The position numbers were made by a program, and so were the translations under genes. Below are positions 34,601 through 47,600 of a DNA stretch of 64,000 bases, one piece after another (position 1 is the first letter of the stretch; each line of letters begins with the position of its first letter). The stretch comes from Acanthaster planci (lineage: Eukaryota). The notes beneath the pieces are model-generated. The model was not told where the DNA came from and searched no databases. It was given only the letters and a program-made list of their open reading frames with translations. The stretch is from positions 3,268,934 through 3,332,933 of the forward strand of contig NW_019091356.1 of assembly GCF_001949145.1 (NCBI RefSeq), read 5' to 3'.

Positions 34601-37545
34601 GCACTCTGTATGTCTAACTCCATTTCAACATTGAGCTTTTATCTTTTTAGATTGTATCAAACTGATGAAAAAAGATAAACGCACGAAAAAGAAGCAATCA
34701 TTTTTTAATTACCATTTATCCAGTAATGCACCTACAAGGGAAATATGGAGTAAATGTGATTTAAATTAACCAAATGACCGTTCTTTGATGCAATGTGTCT
34801 TTCCCTCTTTTTTTTAGTGCGCTGCTAATGTTCACTGTAACTTTAAAACACCCGCTGAGAGAATGTCTTTGGATAACAGTCACGTATTTGCTCGTTAAAA
34901 TTCTACCAATCGAAGACGGAACAACCGTGGGGGCCAGGTTTATCGCATACCCCCGGTTATCCTTCTTGCGGTAGCCTGAACGAAGTACTGTACCGAAAAC
35001 CGAGCGCTTTCATTTCCAGAACAACCTACTTGAGAAGCCCTGTGCATGTCTGATGTTTCGTTAAATCACAGCAGGATATGACCCCCCCTCTCTCTCTTAA
35101 TCATGTTTGAATTGCTTTTTCGCGTTCCCTTAAAGACTCATAACTTCTGCCGCGGAATGTAGGGAGATCAAGGTAAAATCGACCAAGAGTGTTCCTCTTA
35201 AGCCAATCAAAGGACAGAGACCGGCTGGGCGATTTGTCCGCAACCTCAGCAAACATTTTTGCCGCTGCAAAACACACCGCCGTGCGCGGGGCCATGTTGA
35301 TACAGGTTCACATTTCGCAGTCCGTGTGTGATCTACTTTTGGCCGGCAGATGGTTCTTACCGTGTCAGGAGCCAATATACCATTGGTGTATTTGCTTTTG
35401 CAGAAGGCGTAGTAACCACCGACTGTATGCCCAATGTGCTCAGGCAACCAAAGTTCTGGAACAGACCGAGAGGTTCAAAGGGAGAGATTTCACTCCCCCA
35501 ACACTTCTTTTTCCATCATAACTTATGGCGCCTTACGAATACCAATGCATCAAACTTTCATAATCACTGCGTACTTATGGGGAGTTTTGTGACAGCCATG
35601 CCAGGTATCCATTTTTCATTTCACTTGTGCATTACCGTCAATAAAACCTTACCCTAAGACGCCAGTCCTCAAACATGGTGTCTCGTTGAAAACTCTATAT
35701 CGAAGTGATCGTAATGTCCACATCCTGACAACCTCGAAGTTAATGAAACAGGTGAAATGAGAATTAACAGCATCACAAGTGAATTTTAATATGAAGTTTG
35801 CGGTATATTTAAATATGTCTGTGCAGATCTATTTTCGTTTTCGCAAGTACAAGAACAAGACCCAGAATGATATTTGACCTATCCGCTGAGTTCAAGCTGA
35901 CTTGGATTTCTGACAAGCTGTGGACAGTGGCTGCAAGATGTACTTTTTTTTTTGCGTTGGGGAGATGTTAATTTATATTTTAAAAATTAAGGCTGCAGTT
36001 GCAATATGTCGAATACACACGAAAGCCTAACATAATTGTTCTGCTCTATGAGCCCCGAGCTGGACTAAGAGAGGGCACAATTTTCCCAGCAACTTAGGCC
36101 CCTTTGGTGGGAACTACACTTCGCTGGTTCACGACCGACTATGAACATTTATGCGTGGCTGTCGTACCGCTACCAACTAAAATGAACACTCCCGACCAAC
36201 ATGACTCTTTTCAACCGATGAGGGGGTGCTTCTGCTCAAAGCGAATTAAGCTGCTGGTTGTGATCCCAGCTTCACCAGACTGAGTCTAAGACATTCATAA
36301 AATTATGTCCTGTAAACAATTGACAAAATTTATAAATACACACTAAGTAATAACCTTTACAAAGAAACCCAATGATTTGAAAGTTTGACCGTTGACGATA
36401 AATCATTCTTACTTGCCAATTAAGCCAATTGGCTGTTAAATCACCTTAAGTCCCGAGAAAAAGGATAGGCACTTTGTAAACCTAATATCGACGAATTGCC
36501 TTTTTTTCTGAAAAGGGTATAGGTCATAATTATACAGGCGCTCTCGAAGGCATATAATTACTGTGGTCCGTATTCTGTCAAGAAGTCTTGCAGAACACAG
36601 CTGACCCAAGATTGAATCAATAAAGTAGCTTCGGCGATTTAACTTTGTCAGGTGTTGCAGGTGCATGCACGCTTTGTCTGCAGATGCCGCGCCGGAAATG
36701 AACGGGTTTTTCTGAGCAGAATTCGAGGTTGGAAAATGACTTTTTCGGCGGGGGGGGGGGCTCAATGTGCACGTTTCGTCCCTCGTAGTTCGGATCCCAT
36801 CCAAGATGATAAGAAGGCCTACTCTGGATTTTTGATAGGATGGCAGGAGTCGGGATGGCATCACGCGATAAAAGTATTCCCGTGATGAATAAATATTCAT
36901 ACACTTGAGCATGCGCGCGAAAAGATTCTTTTCTTGGCACACAAGGACTGTTTTACATTATGCACATACTGCAGAATACATGCGTAGGTTACCAGCCAAA
37001 AGCTACAATAGCTCATTACAATAAGTGGAACTAGGCTATTTCTTCGCACACCAAAGTTAACAACCAACATTAGTTTCCTGTACGCGAAGCAACCACCCAT
37101 GATGGGCCCATATACTCCACGGCGAACCAGAGTAGTCGCACTGTGCATGACCGATGTGACCCGTGACGCCAGATCTAGGACCGAGTTACAATTTATATCA
37201 GCATGGAAATACGACCCGGCGTTAAAGGCTATGACATGATGAGTGTCCTCCTCCGATTGAAGTTCATCCCTGATCTAGCTGCGTGGATTAGATTTGCTTA
37301 TTATCATAATAATTGACTTACATAAATCATAAAATTGCAACTTATGGGCATGGGTATGACCAAAGTGCAAAATCGCCAGTTTAAAGGGGATACACTATTA
37401 ATTTTTTACTGAATGATATTCTGTCTGGTTTATGAAAGTTGAAATATAAACATCACATGGAATGGCACACGATGCTGATTTTGGTCTTTGTTCTTTAAAA
37501 ATATTCAAGAGAACACGTACACGTGTGTATAGACTTAAGGCAATG

Positions 37546-38700
37546 TCAATCCTGTGTGGATGGCCGAGGATCTCTGGGAGTAGAGTGATCAGGTGGCTTG
37601 TCACCTTGCGGCTGCGGGGCTTGAGGCACTGGTTGAACTTGGACTGGCTGACCTGTTCGACCCGGTCCATCCTGGTGTACCTGACTGGTCGTGTCCGCGG
37701 CAACGGCCGCGTAATCTGTGCACGTCAACTTCTCGCTCTCGGCCCCGTTCACCACCTGCAGCGCGACGTCTCGGCGGTTCCGGGAGAGATCCTGCCCCAC
37801 CCGGTGCTTCCTCCGGAAGGCGAGCTTGATGGACTTGCGGAAGGACCTGTTCTTGATGGAGTAGATCACCGGGTTTACGCAGGAGTTCGTTAGGGCGAGT
37901 AAGAGAAAGTACGGATAGATGGCGCTCCCCTCGTAGTCGAAATGGCCGGCGTTCTGCGCGAGGAACATTATCTGGTCCGGTGTCCAGCACACGGCGAAGG
38001 CTAGCACTACGACGAAGAGGGTCTCCACCACGCCACGCCGGGCGGCGTGGTAGGCCACCAGTCGATTCTGGGAATGCGCCCGATGGGCTGTCTGCGAGGC
38101 CACTCGTGTCTGCGTCCGCAGTTTGGCCAAGATGCGTATGTACGTGACCAGCATGACCAGCACGGGGATCAGATACGTGACGAGGAACACAGAAACGCCC
38201 ACGGAGATGCGCAAGGCTTCGCTGTGCCACACCACTGCGCATTTCCCTCCTTCCACATCCAGCACCAAAGGGGCAAACAAGTTGATTAGCACGGCCACTA
38301 TCCAGGTCAAGGCCACGCTGATCTTGGCCTTGGTGGGGCTGAAGAGCCGCCTGTGGCGCAGCGGGTACACCACGGCCAGGTAGCGCTCTAGGGTCACTGC
38401 GATCAGGTTGAAGACGGAGGCCTTGAGCGCCGTCCACATGAAGACGTCGGAGGCGATGAGCCGGCAGTAGACGATGCCCCGGGCGTCGTCCGGCAGCCAG
38501 TCGGCAGGAAAGAAGCTTGGGATGACGGTGATGGCGGTGATGAGGTCCGCAAAGGCCAAGCTGATGATGAAGTAGTTGGTCATTGTCCTCAGACGCCGGA
38601 CGCGGACGAAGACGACGATGACCAAGGTGTTGCCGCACAGGGCGAAGAACACGAGGATGCACCTCCAGGCAAAGAACTGCGGGGAGGCAGGGGACTGCAT
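37546..38700 (-). CDS. Intronless rhodopsin-class GPCR, neuropeptide-receptor-like (galanin/allatostatin-A/somatostatin-like), 384 aa
   Basis: Canonical motifs GN (TM1), LAFAD (TM2), ERY (TM3), CWTP (TM6), NPVIY (TM7), helix 8 FRKSIK; high GC at third codon positions. Ligand class is tentative. Confidence 0.92.
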   Translation of the reverse strand: MQSPASPQFFAWRCILVFFALCGNTLVIVVFVRVRRLRTMTNYFIISLAFADLITAITVIPSFFPADWLPDDARGIVYCRLIASDVFMWTALKASVFNLIAVTLERYLAVVYPLRHRRLFSPTKAKISVALTWIVAVLINLFAPLVLDVEGGKCAVVWHSEALRISVGVSVFLVTYLIPVLVMLVTYIRILAKLRTQTRVASQTAHRAHSQNRLVAYHAARRGVVETLFVVVLAFAVCWTPDQIMFLAQNAGHFDYEGSAIYPYFLLLALTNSCVNPVIYSIKNRSFRKSIKLAFRRKHRVGQDLSRNRRDVALQVVNGAESEKLTCTDYAAVAADTTSQVHQDGPGRTGQPVQVQPVPQAPQPQGDKPPDHSTPRDPRPSTQD

Positions 38701-41449
38701 CTTAGAACCTTATGCAATGTCACTCTGCTGGTTATTCCGAAAATGAAAGCATGCCCAAACCAGAAATGCAATACCGGGGTTTCCACTACAGTTTGACGAG
38801 CCACTCGGTAGTTCTGGTTGAGGCTGCACTGGCATCAACAGAGGTTCTCTCAAGACAGAATATTTCATGTCTTGTCATGCAAGAGTTGTCAAGTCGCATA
38901 CCGTAAAATGTAGAAATTGAATTCAAGAAATTTAGTTTTCTGGTGTAACGCCAACGGATAATGAAAATCCAGTAGTTCTATTGCCCTTTTATGGGAAAGT
39001 ACGTATTCATTATCTCGCACACAAATCTGTCATGATAATGGGCAAAAAGTTTTAATCGACTTATTATTTCAGATTTTTCCCGCATCATTTACTTACACTT
39101 CCGGTTTCTGTTACGTTCCGCGCTCACGGTTGTTCCGTTCATTAACCGAGCAGACGTTTTCATGTAGTAACAAATCGCGAATTCCAACTTGCTGCAGCGT
39201 CATGCTGGTCACATCGGCCATTGACACTGGTGCACCGTGCAACTGCGTGGGTGCGTCGGTCTGGCCATCGAACCTAGGCTTGTTTAGCAGTTATCAGATA
39301 TACCATTGGCAGGGAGTCCACCCAATTACTACTGGCGAGCTGCTTTAAGCCCTAGCAATATCACGCAATCTCGTCCCACGGTGGCGTATAGATCGAAATC
39401 TTACCGTGTCATTACCTATTGATGGAGCTCCTAACGATAAGCTATCCTAAACTCCAAAGTCTCCTCGGCAGCACGATGGGCGAAAAACCTGGCTTTGCTC
39501 GTGTGATGATCGGTTAGGTGTCAGTCCCCCGTAGGCCTACGTATCCAACGGGAAATCCCGCACATGGCCCGCGAAAGTCGTCGGTGGTTTCTCCGTGTGC
39601 AAGTCTCAAAGGGATACTCGGGAGTTCAACATACTACACTTGTTGACGTCGCTTGTTGGTATCGTGCACGTCTGTATCCGATATACTGATATCAGAATAG
39701 TGACTTAAGGGGCAACTACTGTTCACAGCGATACTGGTCAACGTCTGGTTATTCGACTTTCAATCTCCTTTTGCTGTCTGAAACCTTGCGTTCGCTCAAT
39801 GATAAATATCACTGAAGTAATCTCCTGCTAAAAATGGACTGAACCAGCCTCAGCGCTACGGAGCATTCTACATTGTGTACGCCTAGCTGCTTAGACGTTG
39901 AGTAAACACTACGAAAATTATCTCGCTGGTACCCCACTTGGTTCTCGCGTCATCTAAAACAAAATCCAAAAAAAAAGCTCCATAGGTCGCTGTCGGTCGC
40001 TTCCATCTACGTTGTTTACCCGTGCAGGGTCGGTGTCTGCTCTGCGCTGATTCGACGATTAATGATGCCAGTGAGCATTTCATATTACGGCTCGGAATTA
40101 CAGCAAGGAATTGGTTACAGTAAAACAAAACCTCTGGTCTAGGATACCACGCCCACACAAGATTCAGCGCCTCCACCATGAATCGATATTTCCCCGTGCA
40201 TGGAAAATCTCGCCAGGTTGCTGCTGCTGCAGAAGTCTTTCCATAAATTCCATCACGTAAACTAGACAAAGCCTTCGGTTTGGGTAAAAACGGTCCCGCT
40301 TGATTTCCTCGCTCTGAGGTGTGCACAAGTTTTCCTGCCCGTTTCTCACCCATAAAAAGGGCACTGGAATCCTATGACTTGGGCGTTACAGGGAACTTGG
40401 ACCAGGCATCACCATTCCATAATGGACGTGCACACACAAGTGCACTCAATCGACAACTGCACATGGACTTGCATCGTACATGTATGTCTGCCTCCGTCGC
40501 GCCTGTACCCTCCAGCACTTGGGTGCGTTCCCGCGGTTACTCCTGTCAACACGAGTAGGATGCGCGCGCATTGCTCTCAGGTACAGGAGCACACTCCCCA
40601 TTAGTGAGTGTATACTTTTGCTGACCGAGCCGTTCAAGCGCTCAGGAGTATTCTCCTGTTAACACGAGTAGCCCGCTCGCACGTACCCAGTGTTCCCCGC
40701 TCTATCTTGTGGGAGAGTAACTTATACAGCATATGTTTACGACTGGTCATTTACACACAGTGAGAACCGCTCGCGCAGAGCGCATCCTGTAAAAGGGAAT
40801 GACGTCAACATCCGTGACCAGAACAATAACGTGTGGAGCGCAATTAATCATGGTGTGTATACATGCGTGGCGCTCCCAGGGGTAAAAGCAGGTTCAGTAG
40901 AGACTTGTCAGTTACTGCCGAAGCACAGGACATTAACAGAGTCAACATCGACCTCGCCGTCTCGATCGCGCCTCTTCTTTCCAACTTTAGTCGGTATGGC
41001 AACGCATCAATGCGCAGCTTGCTGGATTCACGATGGGGCTTCACTCGTGGCCTTCAAGAGGACCAGGCCCTCACTTTGCGAAAGCCATAATAATGACCCC
41101 AAGTTCGTACACTCGGCGGTAACTAACACTGCTCGAGGTCGTTGACAGGTCTTGTCTTATACCTTTTAAAATGGTGGCACGTGATTGATAATTATGAGGA
41201 AACTTTACATTGATACGTTTGCATGAGCACGGAACGTGCGCCTGCAGTGAAGGATCTTGCATATTGAACCTGCTATATGAAATTGTACGCACTATATAAT
41301 GTCCTATTTTCAGAAACATGGCACAATATCCCCATTTTTATGTCCAAGCCAAAAGTCAGAGAGTTTATAATCTTTCTGGGCGTTCCCCAGCTCATTTAAT
41401 GATGAAGAATGGCAAATTCATTGCCAAGCAGATACGACAGCGGGCGCTG

Positions 41450-41612
41450 CATGGGAGTGAGTTTCACTTTGGCTCGTTCCTCACCTTCTACCTCTGCGAC
41501 CGGGGCTCGAATCCCACCTGGGTCAGCATGTAGGTTGGGTTTTCAATCCCAGTCTGACTCCGTGGGCTTTCCCTGCAATATCCATTCTCGGTTCTCCCGC
41601 CAGGTCTAAAAC
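41450..41612 (+). mobile_element. Degenerate tRNA-derived SINE with V-domain-like core
   Basis: B-box-like GGCTCGAATCCC, then CCGTGGGCTTTCCC...CTCGGTTCTCCCGCCAGGTCTAAAAC resembling a V-SINE core; second copy at 14066-14186. Confidence 0.5.
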
Positions 41613-44600
41613 TGACCATTGTCTTCTTAATTTGTCACTTCATCCTGTTATTGGCGCTGAATGCGCTGTTGGTTGAACAGATAGAAAACGTGAACACCAG
41701 TCTAGTCTAACACATAACCTGGCTGTATAAATGCTGAACAAAGACTGCGTAATTTACTCTCTCCGGAGTTCATTGTACGGATTTCATTATCATTGAATAC
41801 AGTGTTACAGGACAAGTTATTCCGAAAGGTGCAGTTTCGTGCAGTGACTTCAAAATGCCCGAAGCATTTCCGTCAGACTTGGGTATGACAGCAACCTGGG
41901 ATCCGACTAGTGAAACTCTAGCCCCAAGTTGCCTAATAGTGGGGGAAATATGGAAATATCAAGCACCCTCGACTCACATCGCTTCCACTTCTCTTCATCC
42001 CAACAAAGGAGCGCATTCCTGGGTGCCTCTGGCAGCAGGGAAAATATGGCATCCAATCTCATGTAAGCACAATCTTTCAATAAGTTGATGCACCCGATAT
42101 GTGCATGTATTCCAGTATAGGCATGTTTTGTTTTGGTAAACAGATGAAGAGCGACGTAGGACATCATCGCCCTTCAAGTGACTTCCGCTGTAGTTGAAGA
42201 GAACAGGACTCCAGGAGGGTGTAACATGTTTAGTTCGTACAAGTACATAATTACATGTATTTCAATTCAATCTTGGCTCAAAATGGTGTCAACAAAATAC
42301 ATACAGTCTTTAAGTGTAATGTGGAGGGTTTCGGGTAGACAAGCACAAACGAAGTGAAAGCAAACCAAGGAGACTCATGGGCATCCAGCGCATTTTGTGG
42401 AAATATCTTGCCTGAACATCTGAAGAATGCTACCATGCCAGCGCCCTCTTGCGCTTTGTCATGCGGAAGATCATAGTCTCCCCCAAAGCCTACTTTCGGA
42501 CCGCCAAAAGATTTATCACTGAGGTTGATGAAACTCCTCAACACAGCTCTGATCTCCAAGTGACTGTGTTTTTTTCCTCCACCCTTCCTTCAGTTCCTAA
42601 ATTCAGGAATGCTTCAACAATTATATCGGCTATATGTATGCGGACGGCCAGACAAAAACATGTTTACTCGCAGCCTGTCGTTCGCACGCCAGTCCCAGGT
42701 GAGGAGTTCTCGATAATCGCATCGTTATCTCCTGTCAGGGCGTAGGAGTTGCGTATCATGCGTCCTAATTCTGTTTATGATTTTAATAAAAAAACAAGTG
42801 GTTTAAAGGAAGTCGTTATAGTCGCGCAAAAAGTAGAGTTTGCCCCACACCACTCGCATAACGGTCACAATTCATCGATCGTGACCTTTTAATTCCTGGT
42901 GACACAGAAGGCACTACATCTACAGTATGAATCCTTCCTGAAAAAAAGTGCGTAACTGAACACCCCATGAAGTTATTTCACTCAAGCCATGAAAAATCGT
43001 TCAAGTTATGTCAGCGCATCTTCAGAGATTCCGCAAGGAATTAAAAGAAACAATAACCTTTCATTGCGTTTATGCTAACGAAGGGCCATGGTACATAATG
43101 GACGAAATGTAACTTAAGGGTCACGAATGAAATCGCACTTTAAAACGTGCAGTTTTTCCCGAACGATGTTATTCTGCTGATTTCAGACTTTCACATGCAT
43201 TAAACTTTCAAATCTCGAGTCAGTGGACAGTGGGCTCTACCATAATTATTCAGATCCTTTCACGATGCTGATCCTTGCAAAATTATTCATCAATCTTGCA
43301 ACGGCACGCCCCCGCATTCCAAAAAGCCTGCATCGTTTATCCACGTTATGTCACCTTGTGTGGCGACTCGGTCCGCTTCAGCGGCCCGGAGTTGTCCCAC
43401 AATTTCCATTTGTTCTCCATTCGTAATGGTCATCGGTGTCCTTGTCACTATCGCTGTAATCGCCACCACAATTGTCAGTTTGTCAACTGAGCCTGGCCTC
43501 CACATTTTCTTTAACTTCATTCCCCCGTTCTCCTTTTCTGAATGCCCACATTTTTCTCTCTCTAAAAGTGGGTCGCATCTGAGCTCCGATGGATTAGCAG
43601 TCCATTAACATGTATGTAACGTGAAAAGATGCATGGGGTTGTACGCGCCCGTCCTGAATCTATTACTATAGGATCAAATGCATACATCTCCTGAAAGGTT
43701 TAGGGAGCCCCCTAAACCAGGCCTCCTTCTTTGTCTAACCAATAACTCAACCTGCAGGGTAAGGAGGGGGAATGGATGTCATGCTTATCCAGCGTTCAGC
43801 GTGGATATCGAGTCGCGATAATCGATTTTTATACGTGGGTTATGCGGCCACTTCGTAATGATTCAATAAAGCAAGTGATACCTGTGACATATTGTTTGCT
43901 TTCAAGTGGGTGCGTGAGTATCAATGACAAGAATTCTTGCCAGCGGATCGCATAGTTCATTTTAGGCGCTACGGATGTGCCCAATAAACGTCATTTGATA
44001 CTCCATCGGCTTACACTGAAGCAACCGCGATTTGGTAACATTTAAACGATTGAGGATTGCCGGGCTCGGGTTACATGGGACTTATCAATTTGGACTTATT
44101 ATCTTCAGCATGGTCTGTGTTTATGTACCTATAAGGTCACAGAACTAAACTTTGTGTGTAAACTTTCACAATAAGGAAAAACAAAGGAAAAAGTATGTAA
44201 GCTACATTGTTATTCAGTGACAGGAAAATAAACGAATTTTCAAGAATAAATCGATACTGTTCTAATTTGTCGCAGTAAGATTCCTCCACCTGCACTGCTT
44301 AAACCAGACAAAGTCCATTAAATTTTCATGACATTTCGAATAATCCGTCTAACTGTTCAATCGTATAGAGTACCTACTTCCACCGTCGGACACAAAGTCT
44401 AGGACCCATGGTAAACTTCATCCAAACCAAGCGTCTTATCTTCTCACACTGAGATTGTGCCGACTTATACATACATATCGTGCCTTCTGAACACACAACA
44501 CATGCTCGAAAATCTCGACACAATTTGTTGGTATCTAGTGAAAAAGAAGTAGGTTTTGCGTGACACTTCCTCGGTTGGAGGGTGTTTAAGGAAAGTCAAT

Positions 44601-47600
44601 TGTCCCCTGCCCTCATGAAAAAAAATAGGCCTACCTATAAAAACATCCGAGAGAAACCCCCCTCTTAAATATCAAAATATGTTTACTTACCACTAAGCAT
44701 ACACGTTTCTACCAAAAACCAGTGCAGTGCCAATTCCAATGTGTTTTATTTAAAAGTATCCATCCTGTCGTCCTTGTCTCCATAAGTTGTTTTCAGTTTG
44801 ACGTCATACGCCATTTTCTCCACTGCAAATCAGCCATTTCGGTCCCCAGTCAGTCTGTGTCTTAACGTTCCACTCTTTTTGTCATGAAAGACCTGGACTG
44901 TGGAAAAAAACATGGACGGGAAACTGTTTGAAAGTGGGCCTATAAAGCATGCTTAGGCATGTTTTTGCTTTGTACATGCTTAGCACAGCTTTAGACCTAT
45001 CAGGCCTTATACAGTTGACTGTCCAGTTCCGCAATTCAGCCAGTTTCACCAAAACGGGCTTCATACATCAGAAAGACAAATTGCTGGGGACTCAATTCAT
45101 TATTCTCTGAAATGTTTTACTTGAAGATCTTGCAGAAAAACAATATTGCTTATACAGAACCGCTGCGGTATTGTCAACGAACGTTTTTCGCCCATCACGA
45201 TTCACAACAGCAGCGCTTGTGCTTTCTGCGCAATGCGTTTGTTGCTCTTTTAAACGATCATCGCGGTGTTTTTTGTGTTTTTTTTTCAAACCAAATTAAA
45301 GCTTTTGGAAATTATCAGCTATCCCACCGTTGAAATATATGAGTTCTGTATATTTTCAAATGTGTATTTTTGGATACAAAAGAAACAACAAGATTTTTTG
45401 CCAGTTCCACAAACGAGTTTTAGATTACAATGCGCGCATTTAGTGTGAGTGTGACGCACGTCCTTCTGTGTCCGAAAAACACGACCTAATGTACAGATGG
45501 CGTAATTTGTGGAAATGTTTGCGGAACTGGGCAAAACCGACCACCAAAATGACTGCCCAAAATTGTTCAGTATTTAATGTAGCGGGATAATTTCCGGATA
45601 ATTTCTGGATGAAAACATTTCCATGAAAGTAAGTTTTGAGGTGCCAGGGGCCTTGGACAGTAGGCTGCTTGCGGAACTGGTCAATCAAAGTTGTCACCTC
45701 AACTTGTTTGACTACCGTGTAAAAGTTCCCAAATTCCTGACACGCGCATGTGATTTCAGCATATTAAACTAGCCTTTAAATGCCTTTTCTAAGTTCACTG
45801 AGCAAAAGTTGCTCCAAGAAATTTTAAGTTCAAATGAAGGCCAACTGCAAGTCACTACAGTGGTCTCTTTATTCGCACTTAGAGTGTTTAATTCTTCAAA
45901 AACAAACTTACCGGTCCTTTCAGCCGTTTGAACGATTGGTAACTTTTTGGCAGCACTTTTGCGCATGCGTTTTCAGATAACGTGTTTGCTGCCACCAAGA
46001 GTTTTCTCAGATTGCTAGAGATTCTGTCATTGCTTGATTCAGATAATTAACCGAGATTAGCTAATATTCTACGTGTAAGTTTTCGCAGGAAGTGGTATCT
46101 GTGTTATAAGTTTAAAATGCATCGTTTGTGGATCATCATTTTGCTCGCCAATATTATGACTGGGGAAAATTTACATCTTAAGCAAAGTCGACTATTCCCC
46201 TAAATCAATCGATTCCAAATTCCTAGTAACCGCTTTCCACAATTCTCTGTGACAGACAGCATGACGAACGATTTGGGTTGATGTAGGCACAGTAAAAAGC
46301 ACCGTCTCTGGCCCCACATCCTTCACTGGCCGGGCGTTGCTTTCTACGAATTGTCAGCATCCAGTCATAGTCAGCCCCGCTGCCGTTACATTCGCACCGA
46401 CTCCATTTCGCCCTTTTAACTCTCGGGAGCAAAGCAAACAACTCAGTTTCTCTGAGCAAATGTCGAAAGATCTTGGAGAGGTCGAAGCTGTCCCATTTGT
46501 CCCTCCTTTTTTCTCGAAATGTACCAGTACAGCTTTTACCCCGAGAGACGATATTTTAACACATCGCTGTCTTGATGACACGTCTGCGTCTGAAGTATCT
46601 TTTTTTTTCTATAAAGCGTGGATTGCTTAATGTTGTAGAATGCACATGTCACGTCGTGCGGGGTGTTAGTACCACAACCTAGCTCTGTTCACTGCAGGGC
46701 CATGAATGTGTCATGTACGTTTTTAGCCGGTCCAGTTTATATAGGCTCATCATTTTAATCTTACAATGAAAGTAGCCTGCTGTTGACAGTGATCAGTCCT
46801 AACAAATTCGGATTATTTACACATATTTGGCGTATAACCGAAAACTACTCAGCTCTCGCATAATATTTGCGTTGGAATGTTCTTTATGGATGACGTACTT
46901 ATTATTGTAAATGAGCACAGCATCAGTTAAATGTGTCAATAAACGTAAGTTTTCAAATCTCAAACCGTCCCATCAGAATTTGTAAAGGTTAACACTGTTG
47001 CACTTTTCCTAATCAAATGAAGGAACGTTACTGCATTTATCTAATGTGGTCGTGTGACGCATATCATTCAGCGAGCTAGATCTAAGGTGAAACGTAGCCA
47101 TCGATCGGTATAACGGGGGCACCGCCAAGTAATGATGACATCGGCTACCCGCACTGTGTTCGCATTTCTAGGTGCCCAGTGGTTGCTCTCATTTCCTGGA
47201 TCCGGAGAAGTGGACACTGCGACAACCCCAATAAGCCAAGGGCACCGGCCGGTACTCTGTAATCGACGGACTCTGATAACCAATACGTATGCTTTGAATC
47301 CTGGCGGAGATTAGCGACCGAGTCTTGTGTAATATATTGCCTTTTCTGATGTCAGCCAGTCACTAAAATGATTTTATTATTATTATTTTGTAATTATGGC
47401 TGTACGTAAGTTTCAAAAAATGAACATGGCTTTGCAAACCCGACGTACATCCACTATATAAGACAGATTGTATAAAAAACCCAATAAGTTTCACTAGAAA
47501 CACAGGCACATAAGACAACAAACCAACAAATCTCCGAACAAATCTCCGCCTGGGTTAAAAGGTTTTATCCCTTTAGCGAGGAGGCTGATTTCGACCTTAA

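Noticed and set aside
19200..37500. Many 60-190-aa ORFs in the gene-poor interval, also at 39-51 kb and 61-64 kb
   Set aside because: No recognisable domains, coding bias or linkable splice structure; small or non-coding exons cannot be excluded.
37601..38662. 353-aa overlapping ORF on the GPCR strand, plus antisense ORFs
   Set aside because: Arg/Pro/His-rich shadow frames produced by high third-position GC.
40520..40790. Repeated CTCCTGT(C/T)AACACGAGTAG, superficially CRISPR-like
   Set aside because: Only two copies in a eukaryotic context; more likely internal repeats of a decayed transposon.
45009..45695. Inverted TTGCGGAACTGG motifs suggesting a Tc1-like MITE
   Set aside because: Ends and TSD could not be defined.
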